Shown here piece after piece: positions 20,503-30,714 of a stretch of DNA of 64,000 bases. The position numbers and the translations under genes are program-made. The stretch comes from an uncultured Verrucomicrobiae bacterium (lineage in GTDB: Bacteria; Verrucomicrobiota; Verrucomicrobiia; Chthoniobacterales; JAFAMB01). The notes under the pieces are model-generated. The model had not been told where the DNA came from, made no database searches, and saw nothing but the letters and a program-made list of their open reading frames with translations. The stretch spans positions 1,280,001 through 1,344,000 of the forward strand of contig CAWIPH010000002.1 in the NCBI GenBank assembly GCA_963837955.1, written 5' to 3'. Position 1 is the first letter of the stretch. Each line of letters begins with the position of its first letter.

Positions 20503-20608
20503 GACTCAATTCTTCGGGGCGTACTGGATTATTTCCGGGTATCGCGCTGGACCAGTGGCGAAATATGAACAGTCAATTGCAACTTTTACGGCGTCAGGGT
20601 GAGAAACG

Positions 20609-20625
20609 TGCATCAGAATTGGGCA
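20609..20625. promoter_or_regulatory. possible NtrC-like enhancer site
   Basis: 17-bp TGCATCAGAATTGGGCA ~110 bp upstream of the sigma54 site. Confidence 0.35.
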
Positions 20626-20647
20626 ATAATTGCCAACGCCAAAGATA

Positions 20648-21835
20648 GGTAGGGCGAAAACCTCGGCGCGCTGGAAACGTTGCTATGTTTGTCACGCTGT
20701 CCGCGCCGGGTTTAAGCCGTTGTGTGGAATGGGCCCCTGATTTGGCTGTTAGTCTTCGGCCATCGACAACATCTTGGATACAGTCACACCGGCTCAAGCC
20801 GATCCCGCCGAGACGGTATCAGGCTTTCGCCCTACCGACCGTGGGTGGTGGCCCAGCGCCGGTAGGGCGAAAACCTCGGCGCGCTGGAAACGTCGCCAGG
20901 TTTGTCACGCGGTCCGCGCCGGGTTTGAGCCGTTGTGTGGAATGGGCCCCTGATTTGGCCTTCCTTGGGGTGGGCCGTTAGTCTTCGGCCATCGACAACA
21001 TCTTGGGTACAGTCACACCGGCTCAAGCCGATCCCGCCGAGACGGTATCAGGCTTTCGCCCTACCGACCGTGGGTGGTGGCCCAGCGCCGGTAGGGCGAA
21101 AACCTCGGCGCGCTGGAAACGTCGCCAGGTTTGTCACGCGGTCCGCGCCGGGTTTGAGCCGTTGTGTGGAATGGGCCCCTGATTTGGCCTTCCTTGGGTG
21201 GGCTATCAGTCTTCAGCCATCGACAACATCTTGGGTACAGTCACAACGGCTCAAGCCGATCCCGCCGAGACGGTATCAGGCTTTCGCCCTACCGACCGTG
21301 GGTGGTGGCCCAGCGCCGGTAGGGCGAAAACCTCGGCGCGCTGGAAACGTTGCCATGTTTGTCACGCGGTCCGCGCCGGGTTTGAGCCGTTGTGTGGAAT
21401 GGGCCCTGATTTGGCCTTCCTTGGGTGGGCCATCAGTCTTCAGCCATCGACAACATCTTGGGTAGAGTCACAACGGCTCAAGCCGATCCCGCCGAGACGG
21501 TATCAGGCTTTCGCCCTACCGACCGTGGGTGGTGGCCCAGCGCCTGTAGGGCGAAAACCTCGGCGCGCTGGAAACGTCGCCACGTTTGTCACGCGGTCCG
21601 CGCCGGTTTTGAGCCGTTGTGTGGAATGGGCCCCGATTTGGCCTTCCTTGGGTGGGCTGTTAGTCTTCGGCCACCGACAACATCTTGGGTACAGTCACAA
21701 CGGCTCAAGCCGATCCCGCCGAGACGGTATCAGGCTTTCGCCCTACCGATCAGGGGTGCTGTTCCAGCGCCGGTAGGGCGAAAATTTATTTGAGCCGGAA
21801 ACCCCTGAGCGGGTCCTGCCAAGCGTTCGCCCTAT
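20648..21835. repeat. tandem array of five ~228 bp palindromic units plus a variant terminal unit
   Basis: units start at 20648, 20861, 21090, 21318, 21545 and 21772; each full unit is bounded by GGTAGGGCGAAA / TTTCGCCCTACC. Confidence 0.95.
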
Positions 21836-22791
21836 TTCTGCAAGAACTCCTCGACCGTTTGAAGAAACATCCCGTTTTGGTCGACAAAGGTCAGGTGGCC
21901 GCTCTTGGGCATGACCGCTAGTTTCGATCCTGGAATCAGCGAATTCATCTCTCGCGACAATGTTGGATCACATTCGTCGTGATCGCCCACCACGATCAGA
22001 GTCGGTATGTGGAGCGTGCCCAAGCGGTCCGCGTACTCAACGGACTTGAGGTTGCCGTCGATGATGAATTCGCCATGCGAGCCCCACATTTCCCGGTAGA
22101 GATCCCAGGCCATGATTCCCTGTTGCACCGGATCGAAATTCGGATCGGGATGGTTTTGATAGAGGTAAGGAAAATAGCCTTCGCCCCAGGCCAGTTTCAT
22201 GTAGGCCTCCGGATAGCGGCCCTTTTCGTAATCTTTTCCTTTGCCATACAATCCTCCTTTCTCCAACGCCTGGATCTTGCGGCGCGTCTCGCCGGGCATC
22301 GCGGCCAGCTGCTTTTGAAATACAGCGTTCATTTTGCTGGTGCTATGGAACGTGCTGCACAGTATCAAGTGGTTGAGATTTTGTTGGTATTTAAGCCCGT
22401 AGGCTTGCGCCAGCACCCCTCCATAGGAATGCCCGAGTAGATTGATCTTGCTGAGTCCAAGCGACACTCGTACACCTTCGACATCCTCCACCATATTCTC
22501 GACCGTGTAGCCGGACGGGTCGTCGATCTTCTGGGACCGGCCCGAGCCTCGTTCGTCGATAAAGATGAGCCGGTTATTTCGGGCGAGTGGCAGCAGGTAC
22601 GGGAGCAAGTATTCGTGGGAGGCACCAGGCCCGCCATGCAAGATGACCAGAGGTTCGCCGGAGCCAACCGCCAGGTAATAGATCATCAAGCCGTTCGCGT
22701 CGGCGAAACCTTCTTCGACCGGGAACTTGTCGGCGGCCGTTAGATTCGCGGTCAAACAGAAAGCGACTAGTGCCAAAAATAGAATGCGCAT
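21832..22791 (-). CDS. exported proline iminopeptidase-family alpha/beta hydrolase
   Basis: signal peptide, HGGPG, GHSYGG nucleophile, terminal SGH; alternative start at 22806. Confidence 0.85.
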   Translation of the reverse strand: MRILFLALVAFCLTANLTAADKFPVEEGFADANGLMIYYLAVGSGEPLVILHGGPGASHEYLLPYLLPLARNNRLIFIDERGSGRSQKIDDPSGYTVENMVEDVEGVRVSLGLSKINLLGHSYGGVLAQAYGLKYQQNLNHLILCSTFHSTSKMNAVFQKQLAAMPGETRRKIQALEKGGLYGKGKDYEKGRYPEAYMKLAWGEGYFPYLYQNHPDPNFDPVQQGIMAWDLYREMWGSHGEFIIDGNLKSVEYADRLGTLHIPTLIVVGDHDECDPTLSREMNSLIPGSKLAVMPKSGHLTFVDQNGMFLQTVEEFLQK

Positions 22792-22867
22792 GGATGGCAC
22801 TTGCATAACGTACGGGCTCTCCGGGGTGCAATCGCAAAACGTGCACTCCTTGACCCGGCCGGCTTCA

Positions 22868-23413
22868 CTAGTTCGGCGACGGCGCAGCCGCAACGCTGGG
22901 CACTTTCTTCCACTCCGCATCGACCGCGGGCGGGAGCTTATCCATCCGCTTGAGGAACATCGCGATCTTCCAAATATCCTCGTTTTGCAGTGTCGTGCTG
23001 AAGCTTGGCATCGCGGTGAATCGGATGCCATGCTTGACAACCCAAAACGACGTTGGCTCCGGATCTTCTTCCATCCCTTCCTTGGCGAGTTGGGGTGCTT
23101 CGATATAGAAACCTTGGGCCGGCTTCGACGGCTTGGCGTCCGACGCGCCGTGGCAAATCGCGCAGTTAGCGGCGTACAAGTGAACGCCGGAGATCAGGTT
23201 GTCGTCGGTTGGCTGCAATGGGTTAGTAAGCCCTTTGGTGTCGCGCTCGATAGCGGCCTGCAGCGCCGTCTGCGAGGCCCACTTCTCGAGTGGGCTGGGC
23301 TCGCCGTCGGCGTTTGCCGGCAATAGGCCGTTATTGACAGCGACGAAGCCAGCGCCGGCCAGCACGGCCACGGTCAGGACGATGCCCATGATGAAGCTAG
23401 CGATTGATCTCAT
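22868..23413 (-). CDS. membrane-anchored monoheme cytochrome c
   Basis: N-terminal TM, CAICH, GIRFTAMP. Confidence 0.85.
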   Translation of the reverse strand: MRSIASFIMGIVLTVAVLAGAGFVAVNNGLLPANADGEPSPLEKWASQTALQAAIERDTKGLTNPLQPTDDNLISGVHLYAANCAICHGASDAKPSKPAQGFYIEAPQLAKEGMEEDPEPTSFWVVKHGIRFTAMPSFSTTLQNEDIWKIAMFLKRMDKLPPAVDAEWKKVPSVAAAPSPN

Positions 23414-23450
23414 CCTTAGTAGCTTTTTGTGTGAGTTTCTATCTAAGATC

Positions 23451-24737
23451 TCAAATCCAGGTGCCGTCCGGAATCGTGGTGTTCTTGGGGATCACCACCA
23501 CGCCGTCACGCATGTAAAAGTGCTCCGCATCGAGGTTTGGAGCCTTGCCGTCCGGAGTTATCACAACTCCTTGTCCAATCCGAGCATTCTTGTCGATGAT
23601 GGCCCGATCAATCACTGCATTTCGACCGATGCCCAATGGTGGAACGTTTCCATCAACCTTGTTTACCTCATCCTCATAAAAGTCGGCGCCCATAATGACG
23701 GAGTTTCGAATCGTTGCACCGGTTTCGATCTTGCTGCGAACACCGATGATAGCTCGCTCGATATGTGCATCTGATATGATGCAACCGTCAGCAATGATGG
23801 CGTGCCGGATAGTCGCTGCATTGATCTTACTCGCCGGTAGGAAGCGTGGATGGGTGTAAATCGGAGCAAATCGATCAAAGAAATTATACGGGGGGAGCGT
23901 ATCCGTGAGGGCGAGATTCGCTTCAAAAAAAGCCCCAATAGTTCCAATATCTTCCCAGTAGCCTTGAAAAATGTAGGCAACCACTTTGTAATTCTGGAGA
24001 GAAGTCGGGATGACATGTTTTCCGAAGTCATCCAAATCATTGTTCAATGCGTCGATGAGAATCTGGCGATTGAACACATAGATACCCATAGACCCCTGAA
24101 AGAACTCTGAGTCTTCGGGCAGCTTAAGTTCCTTCAAGAGCTCCGGCGGAATCCGCAGCTCGTCCAGCAACTTGGGATCTTTGGGTTTTTCTTCGAATCG
24201 GAAAATGCGGCGTTTGGCATCACTGTGCATGATCCCGAAAGCCGAAGCGGCATTACGATCAACCGGGGTCGTTCCGAGAGTGATATCCGCGCCAGACGCA
24301 ACATGTTGCTGCAGCAAATGGAGATAATCCATCCGATAGAGCTGATCACCGCTCAAAATGATGAAATAATCGAACGTTCCTTCCAGGAAATAGCGAAGAT
24401 TCTGACGAACCGCGTCCGCAGTTCCCTGGTACCAACGGGCCCCTTCTGGAGTCTGCTGGGCTGCTAAGATTTCAACGAAGTTGCTGGAGAAATTATCAAA
24501 CTTATAGCTGGCATGGATATGACGGTGGAGAGAGGTGCTATTGAATTGCGTTAAAACGTAGATGCGACGCAAGCCCGAGTTCAGGCAGTTGCTGATTGGG
24601 ATATCGACCAGCCGGTATTTGCCAGCGAGCGGTACCGCTGGCTTCGAACGATCTTTTGTGAGGGGGAATAATCGGGTTCCGGCACCGCCACCCATGATGA
24701 TAGCGAGTGTATTGTTTTGGAGGGCGTGCAAATCCAT
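23451..24737 (-). CDS. glgC: glucose-1-phosphate adenylyltransferase
   Basis: GGGAGTRLFPLT..RSKPAVP, GTADAVR, SGDQLY, EKP, YWEDIGT. Confidence 0.95.
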   Translation of the reverse strand: MDLHALQNNTLAIIMGGGAGTRLFPLTKDRSKPAVPLAGKYRLVDIPISNCLNSGLRRIYVLTQFNSTSLHRHIHASYKFDNFSSNFVEILAAQQTPEGARWYQGTADAVRQNLRYFLEGTFDYFIILSGDQLYRMDYLHLLQQHVASGADITLGTTPVDRNAASAFGIMHSDAKRRIFRFEEKPKDPKLLDELRIPPELLKELKLPEDSEFFQGSMGIYVFNRQILIDALNNDLDDFGKHVIPTSLQNYKVVAYIFQGYWEDIGTIGAFFEANLALTDTLPPYNFFDRFAPIYTHPRFLPASKINAATIRHAIIADGCIISDAHIERAIIGVRSKIETGATIRNSVIMGADFYEDEVNKVDGNVPPLGIGRNAVIDRAIIDKNARIGQGVVITPDGKAPNLDAEHFYMRDGVVVIPKNTTIPDGTWI

Positions 24738-24816
24738 AAGGCGGGGAGTATCCTAACAGAATCGCTCCTCAGCGCCTTGCAAGCATCACAAAACTTTGTC
24801 ACCATGGAATTTCTTT

Positions 24817-26667
24817 ATGTGCGGCATCATCGGCTATATCGGGCAGGCGGAGGCTACTCCGATACTCATGGATGGCTTACGGCGACTGGAGTATCGCGGT
24901 TACGACTCGGCTGGGGTGGCGCTGCTATCCGATGGCAAAATGGAAATTCGGAAATGCGCCGGCCGGATCAATAACTTGGCGCAATTGATTCAGCAAGACG
25001 CGCCGCGCGGCAATATCGGCCTGGGGCATACCCGGTGGGCAACACACGGCGGGGTAACTGACGCTAACGCTCATCCCCATCTCGATCAAAGCGGCAAGCT
25101 CGCGCTCATCCACAACGGCGTGATCGAGAATTTCCAGTCGCTACGCGACCAACTCATTAGCCAGGGCCATCAGTTTCAAACAGAGACCGATACCGAAGTG
25201 TTGGCTCATTTGATCGGGAGAATCTTCGATTCTAAAAAGGGGGAGAAAACGAAGGGCGATCTCCTGGAATCTTTGCGGACAGCTTTGAAGCAGGTGAACG
25301 GCACGTATGGACTCGCGCTTTTGCATCTTGACGTTCCGGACGTGATTCTGGCCGCGCGGCGCGGAAGTCCTCTCATTCTCGGGATCGGTAAGGGACAGAA
25401 TTTCATAGTCAGCGACGTGAGTGCCATTGTTGGGCATACGCGGGACGTGGTTTATCTGGAGGACTACGATCTGGTTACCCTGGAGCGCGATCATTTTGAT
25501 ATCGTTTCGCTCGCCGGCACCGATGCCTCTTTTCACGTAAGTAAAGTCGAATTCACTCATGAAGATGCGGAAAAGGGTGCTTATCCGCACTACATGCTGA
25601 AGGAGATCTTCGAGCAACCGGGAGCGATTCGCGACGCCATGCGCGGCCGGCTTTCAGCCGAAGAAAGCACGGCCAAACTCGGCGGATTAAATATGTCTTC
25701 GCGAGAGCTCCGTGAAGTCGAACGCGTGGTTTTGAGCGGTTGCGGTTCGGCTTTTCACACGGCGCTGGTCGGCGAATACTTGATCGAGAATCTGGCCCAT
25801 CTGCCGACCGAGTGTGAGTTTGCCAGCGAGTTTCGGTACCGCAATATGCCGATGAACAAAGACACGCTGGTCTTTGCTATTAGCCAAAGCGGCGAAACCA
25901 TCGATACGCTGGCCGCCCTGCGGGAAAGCAAACGCAAAGGACACCGCACCCTCGGTATCTGCAATAATGTGGGAAGCACGATTGCCCGAGAAAGCGATGG
26001 TGGGGTTTATATGCACGCCGGACCGGAGATCGGCGTTGCTGCTACGAAGTCGTTTACTTCCCAAATCACCTGTTTGACGCTGTTAGCGCTTTTGCTCGGA
26101 CGTATTCGCCATCTCTCCAGTTCGCAGGGGATCGATGCTATCCAAGCTTTGGAGAGTCTACCTGATAAAGTTCGCCAGGTGTTGGCCGAGTCGGAAACCA
26201 TTCGCGAGCTCGCTGTGAAGTACGCGGACTCCGCCGGATTCCTGTTCTTCGGCCGGCAGTTCAATTATCCGATCGCTCTGGAAGGCGCTCTCAAGCTGAA
26301 AGAGATCAGTTACAAATTTGCGGAGGGTCATCCCAGCGCGGAACTAAAACATGGAGTCATCGCGCTGGTCCGTCCGGAAGTGCCATCGATTCTCATCGCG
26401 CCGGACGATGCGGTCTTGGAAAAAAACATCAACGCGCTCGAACAGATCAAGGCTCGTAACGGGAAAGTAATTGCTATCACCAGCGATGGCTGCAAGGAGA
26501 TTGCGCGACTGGCGGACGACACCATTTTCGTCCCGCGTTGCCCGGATTTTGTTTCGCCTATCCTGACGGTCGTTCCGCTCCAACTATTTGCTTACCATCT
26601 GGCAGTTCATCTCGGTTGCGACGTCGATAAGCCGCGTAATCTCGCCAAGAGCGTTACGGTGGAGTGA
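24817..26667 (+). CDS. glmS: glutamine-fructose-6-phosphate transaminase
   Basis: MCGI N-terminus, GHTRWATHG, SQSGET, PRNLAKSVTVE. Confidence 0.97.
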   Translation: MCGIIGYIGQAEATPILMDGLRRLEYRGYDSAGVALLSDGKMEIRKCAGRINNLAQLIQQDAPRGNIGLGHTRWATHGGVTDANAHPHLDQSGKLALIHNGVIENFQSLRDQLISQGHQFQTETDTEVLAHLIGRIFDSKKGEKTKGDLLESLRTALKQVNGTYGLALLHLDVPDVILAARRGSPLILGIGKGQNFIVSDVSAIVGHTRDVVYLEDYDLVTLERDHFDIVSLAGTDASFHVSKVEFTHEDAEKGAYPHYMLKEIFEQPGAIRDAMRGRLSAEESTAKLGGLNMSSRELREVERVVLSGCGSAFHTALVGEYLIENLAHLPTECEFASEFRYRNMPMNKDTLVFAISQSGETIDTLAALRESKRKGHRTLGICNNVGSTIARESDGGVYMHAGPEIGVAATKSFTSQITCLTLLALLLGRIRHLSSSQGIDAIQALESLPDKVRQVLAESETIRELAVKYADSAGFLFFGRQFNYPIALEGALKLKEISYKFAEGHPSAELKHGVIALVRPEVPSILIAPDDAVLEKNINALEQIKARNGKVIAITSDGCKEIARLADDTIFVPRCPDFVSPILTVVPLQLFAYHLAVHLGCDVDKPRNLAKSVTVE

Positions 26668-26680
26668 TTGCGGATCCTGG

Positions 26681-26807
26681 GCGATGGTAGGGCGAAACAG
26701 ATCCAGCGAAAGCGGGATCTGTGAGCCTTGCTTAGCTGTCCCGTTGTGTTCCCCGCTCCAGGCTCACAGATCCTGCTTTCGCCGGATCTGTTTCGCCCTA
26801 CCATCGC
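26681..26807. repeat. GGTAGGGCGAAA-family palindromic element
   Basis: GCGATGGTAGGGCGAAACAGATCC...GGATCTGTTTCGCCCTACCATCGC between convergent genes. Confidence 0.85.
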
Positions 26808-26837
26808 GCATTGCGCCGATACGCCGACAGGCGTCGT

Positions 26838-29093
26838 TCAGTCTCGGGGCGCTAACTCCGCGAGCAGTTTCTCAAACCGCGGATCCTTTCGCAAAGGCTC
26901 CCAGTACGGATCAAGTTTCAAATTGCCGTAGAAAATTCCGTTCGGTATCTTGGTTAAAGTATTGAGCTGTTCGAAAGCTTGATCCGATTCATTGGTCCAG
27001 GCGTAAACGGCGGCTAGATTCATCAGGATACCTGGACCATCCACTGCGTCCTTGGAGATCGGCAGCATTTCAACGGCGCGTTTGCCTTCAGCAATGGCAT
27101 CCTGTTTTTTCGCAAGTAAGGCATCGACCACCGCTAAATTGCTCAGCAGCTTGGCATTTCCTGGCGATACCTCGATCTTCTGATTCAATTTCGCACGGGT
27201 CGCTGCGAAACTGGGTTTTGCGTCGGGTTGCTCTCCTTGCGATCGAGCAAGTAGAATGGAGTAGCAGTCAACTGGAACTGGCACTGCCGAATAGGTAAAG
27301 TTTCCGTCCTCACCACCGCTCTTCATCTGCTCGATCAATTCTGTGGCTTGCTGCCAATTGCGATCTTGCAAAGCACAACTCAGGCGCCAAGACAGCACGC
27401 CTTGATCCTCTGCCAGAGGCGCTGGGAGCGTTGCCGTGGCGGAGCGCAGCGCAGTATTATCTCCGGTCTTAAAAAAGTTTACATACAGCGCCTTTTGAAC
27501 CTTGAGCATTGGTTGATCCGGCGCCAAGTCGATCGCGCGATTGAACTCCTGCTCAGCCGCGTCTAACTGACGTGTCATGAAGAGCGTGTAAGCCAAATCT
27601 GAAATCGAGCCCGGATTACGGGGATCAACGGTGATCGCCTCATTGAACTCCTGGATGGCCTTATCCAAGTTGCCCTGACGCCGGTCCATGTATGCCTGGA
27701 GCGCCATCGCTTCGGAATTATTCGGCAAGCCGCGCCTGGCGATTGCTAGCTGTATCCGGGCACGTTCGTAATCCCGATAGGCATCGTAAAGATGGTAGGC
27801 GTAGGTCAGACGAACCTCGGGGAGATCAGGTTGCAGACGCAACGCGTTTTCAATTGCTGCGTCGGCCAACGCGCGTCGAGTCGGAGTCGGATCGTAAGCG
27901 GTATAAATCAGGTCCTGAGCTTCCGTTTCTTTGCAGTAGGCGCGCGCGAACTTCGGATCGAGTCGGACTGCTCGATCCAGCAGGGTGATCGCGTCAGCCA
28001 GGGTTTTTTCGAAGTTACCGATAAAAAGAGAAGCCGTCGCGTTAGCGATTAACTTCTTGGCCTGAAGGTACAGATCGTATGCGTCGAGACTGTCGGTCAC
28101 TTTTGCTTCAATATTCTTTTTCTCCTCCGCCGAGAGTGTGGCGGTTAACTTTTGAGCGATCGTCTGAGCCACTTCGCCCTGGATGGTAAAGATGTCTGTC
28201 AGATCGCGATCAAAGCTGTCGGCCCAAACGGTATGATCGTTGCGAGCATCGATTAACTCGGTGCTGACGCGTACGTGCTTCCCGTCTCGACGTACGGTTC
28301 CTTCCAAAACGTTGGCCACACCCAGAGCATTAGCGATCTGACGCAAGTCGCGTTTGGAATCGGCGCGATACTGCATGACCGAAGTGCGGCTGATAACTTT
28401 AAGTTGGGCTATCTTGGCCAAGTTATTGAGGATCTCGTCTTGCACGCCGTCGGCAAAGTAGGTGTCCTCTTTATTTGCGCTGATGTTCTCGAACGGTAGA
28501 ACAGCGATGCTTTTTGCGGGAATCTCCAGGACCGAGCTAGGCGGTTTTCGGGTTAAGAACCAAGATGCGACGGCAATGGTCGCGCCGACCAAAATCGCTC
28601 CGAAGAGCCAGCGAGCTCGTTTACCAAATGCGAAAGAAGACGATTGGATTCTTTTGCTTCCTGTTGTGTCTATCGCAGGGGCTCGCCCGTCGTTAGCCAG
28701 CAACTGTCTCACCCGCTCGGATAACGCGTCGAGGTGCTTTTGCAGGGGCGAAGTGATCGCGTCCAGCCAGTGGACCGTTTCCAAGAAATAGCCCAGGCTG
28801 CTGTTCGGCACCACGTTTTCAACGCGAAAAGGGATAACCGCTAGTCCGAGCGAGAAGGCCTTAGCAACTTCCCGTCGCACATGTTCGGAGACGTTGGCGT
28901 TCCGCGAGAACACCAGGATAAACACCCGACACGAGTCAATTCCGTGAATGATTCCAGCGGTCCACTCAGACCCCGCGTCGATGTCGCGCGGAGCGATCCA
29001 GCATTTGATGCCGGTAGACTCTAGCTGGGTGCAAATCGCGTCGGCAATTGCCTTGTCTTTGCTGGAATGGCTAATAAAGACCTTCGACTGCAT
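26838..29093 (-). CDS. TIR domain - TM - TolB_N/FlgO-like - TPR protein
   Basis: VFISHSSKD...WIAPRDI...VRREV TIR; TM WLFGAILVGATIAVASWFL; SIAVLPFEN..YFADG; TPRs; DPYWEPLRKDPRF tail. Confidence 0.85.
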   Translation of the reverse strand: MQSKVFISHSSKDKAIADAICTQLESTGIKCWIAPRDIDAGSEWTAGIIHGIDSCRVFILVFSRNANVSEHVRREVAKAFSLGLAVIPFRVENVVPNSSLGYFLETVHWLDAITSPLQKHLDALSERVRQLLANDGRAPAIDTTGSKRIQSSSFAFGKRARWLFGAILVGATIAVASWFLTRKPPSSVLEIPAKSIAVLPFENISANKEDTYFADGVQDEILNNLAKIAQLKVISRTSVMQYRADSKRDLRQIANALGVANVLEGTVRRDGKHVRVSTELIDARNDHTVWADSFDRDLTDIFTIQGEVAQTIAQKLTATLSAEEKKNIEAKVTDSLDAYDLYLQAKKLIANATASLFIGNFEKTLADAITLLDRAVRLDPKFARAYCKETEAQDLIYTAYDPTPTRRALADAAIENALRLQPDLPEVRLTYAYHLYDAYRDYERARIQLAIARRGLPNNSEAMALQAYMDRRQGNLDKAIQEFNEAITVDPRNPGSISDLAYTLFMTRQLDAAEQEFNRAIDLAPDQPMLKVQKALYVNFFKTGDNTALRSATATLPAPLAEDQGVLSWRLSCALQDRNWQQATELIEQMKSGGEDGNFTYSAVPVPVDCYSILLARSQGEQPDAKPSFAATRAKLNQKIEVSPGNAKLLSNLAVVDALLAKKQDAIAEGKRAVEMLPISKDAVDGPGILMNLAAVYAWTNESDQAFEQLNTLTKIPNGIFYGNLKLDPYWEPLRKDPRFEKLLAELAPRD

Positions 29094-29150
29094 ACGAGGG
29101 CAGAGGAGGGTTGTAGCCGGTTTGGTCGCTGAAGGCGAGTCTCGGGAATT

Positions 29151-29292
29151 TTTAGAATTTAGAAGCTAGAAGCCAGAAGGCTGCGCCGGCGAAGCGTGAA
29201 CGGTGAACCACAAACGGTCAACCGGGAATAGTAATCGGTAATCAGTAATCAGTGATCGGTAATTCGTGATCGGTGACTGCGGATCAGTGATC
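29151..29292. repeat. cluster of heptamer tandem repeats
   Basis: (TAGAAGC)-like, (GTGAACG)-like and (GTRATCR)n runs. Confidence 0.75.
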
Positions 29293-29301
29293 CGCTTAAG
29301 G

Positions 29302-29516
29302 CGGTTCAAAGCGCCGAAGGCGCGATTTAGGATAGCCTAGAGGGCGAAGCCCCAGGATTGGGATCATTAGAAAAGGTCAGCGCTGAAAGCGCGTGACAAT
29401 GTGAGATTAGGGCAATGGCGAGACGCACCTTCAGTGCGTGACCGCAAGGGGGGGCAGATTTCCTAGGGCTTCACCCTAGAGGCTATCCTAAATCGCGCGT
29501 TCCGCGCTTTGAACCG
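29302..29516. repeat. long imperfect inverted repeat, CCTTCAG family
   Basis: CGGTTCAAAGCGC..GCGCGATTTAGGATAGCCT ... AGGCTATCCTAAATCGCGC..GCGCTTTGAACCG. Confidence 0.85.
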
Positions 29517-29538
29517 GCGAGCCATTTGTGATTGCCGA

Positions 29539-30402
29539 TCAATGGTCGGCGGTCCCCGGCAGCACCGTCTTAAAATAGGCTTGGAGTGCGTCCAGCGTGG
29601 ACGCGTCAAAGGTCGGATGGGGCGGCATCGCCACGTTTGGTTTGAATTTCTGCGGGTTCACGACGTATTGGCGAAAGTAATCTCCGTTGTAAACCGCGTT
29701 GGCCGCCAATACCTGCCATGGTCGCTGAGCCATTTTACCGCCCGCCAGACCGTTGTTGTGACAAGAGACGCAACTGCCGATAGCAATCTTTTGACCCTTG
29801 ACTGCTTCCGGATTGCTCCGATTGGCGGAATCGAATTTTCCGAGTGAAAACGCGTAGCTAGTTAGCTCGACGGAAACAATCCCAAACGGGATACGCGCAG
29901 CTTCCGTGTAGCCGTAAATTACTTCCGATGGTTGAAAGTCTGCGTGGACAACACAGTAAGGACCCATGGCCGAATTGTGTTCGGATTTCGGCCAGTCAGC
30001 GGGGGGCTTCCCGTCGTATTTAAGCAGAAAGATCGGATGATGTTTGTCGTTGTATTCAGGGTCGTAGTACTGCTGATAGCCATCGTAACAATTGGCGCCG
30101 AGTACGGTCTGATCCGATGAGCTTTGCAGCGCCTGAATCAAAGCATTGAGATAGACACCAGTGTAAGTCGCGGGCTGCTTGGTATTAGGATCCTCAGCTG
30201 TCTTTATCGTGACCAGCGGAAGGGTTAGAAGTTGTTCGTACTGGTAGTAAAGTGGAGCTGAAGGTGATCCATCCGGTTTGATACCGATCACTTCCAAATC
30301 CTGTGAACTACTTCGAGTGGGGGATCCCGTGAGGAGGCCGCCGTACGCTGGTAGGAGAGGAACCAGTACGGAGATGATTGCGGCAAAGCAAAAGGGGCGC
30401 AT
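29539..30402 (-). CDS. exported protein with C-terminal cytochrome c and an uncharacterised N-terminal domain
   Basis: signal peptide from ATG 30402; CVSCH and AMPPH; N-domain YTGVYL..L...CYDGY...GPY loosely resembles molybdopterin-oxidoreductase-like domains. Confidence 0.7.
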   Translation of the reverse strand: MRPFCFAAIISVLVPLLPAYGGLLTGSPTRSSSQDLEVIGIKPDGSPSAPLYYQYEQLLTLPLVTIKTAEDPNTKQPATYTGVYLNALIQALQSSSDQTVLGANCYDGYQQYYDPEYNDKHHPIFLLKYDGKPPADWPKSEHNSAMGPYCVVHADFQPSEVIYGYTEAARIPFGIVSVELTSYAFSLGKFDSANRSNPEAVKGQKIAIGSCVSCHNNGLAGGKMAQRPWQVLAANAVYNGDYFRQYVVNPQKFKPNVAMPPHPTFDASTLDALQAYFKTVLPGTADH

Positions 30403-30416
30403 GCACTTCGGAGCGA

Positions 30417-30432
30417 AGCAACATTGGTGCCA
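30417..30432 (-). promoter_or_regulatory. sigma54 promoter
   Basis: TGGCAC CAATG TTGCT, a full consensus match. Confidence 0.8.
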
Positions 30433-30483
30433 CCTGCTCATTGGTCGCCGGTAGGGATGCGCTCCCGCGTCCTAGTCTCATTC

Positions 30484-30692
30484 GGTAGGGCGAAAACCTC
30501 GGCGCGCTGAGATTCGCGCAATCTCACTTATCGTGGCTCGCGCCGGGTTTGAGCCACGCGCGGGATTAATCGCTGATTCGTCTCTAGGGGAGATATCAAC
30601 GCGATAGGAAGATCAGGAAATCGACGCCCTTGGACTCATCACGGACGGCTCAAGCCGATCCCGCTGAGACGGTATCAGGCTTTCGCCCTACC
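30484..30692. repeat. GGTAGGGCGAAA-family element (solo copy of the array arms)
   Basis: same arms as the 20648 units with a different centre. Confidence 0.85.
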
Positions 30693-30714
30693 AATCACGA
30701 TCACCGATCACCGA

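Noticed and set aside
20648..21835. CRISPR array
   Set aside because: Whole ~228 bp units repeat with no unique spacers, and there are no cas genes
20685..21921. Repeat-protein ORFs inside the tandem array
   Set aside because: Unit lengths (229, 227) break the frame; the translations are by-products of DNA palindromes
24738..24816. glmS ribozyme
   Set aside because: Only 79 bp of divergent intergenic space and no recognisable core
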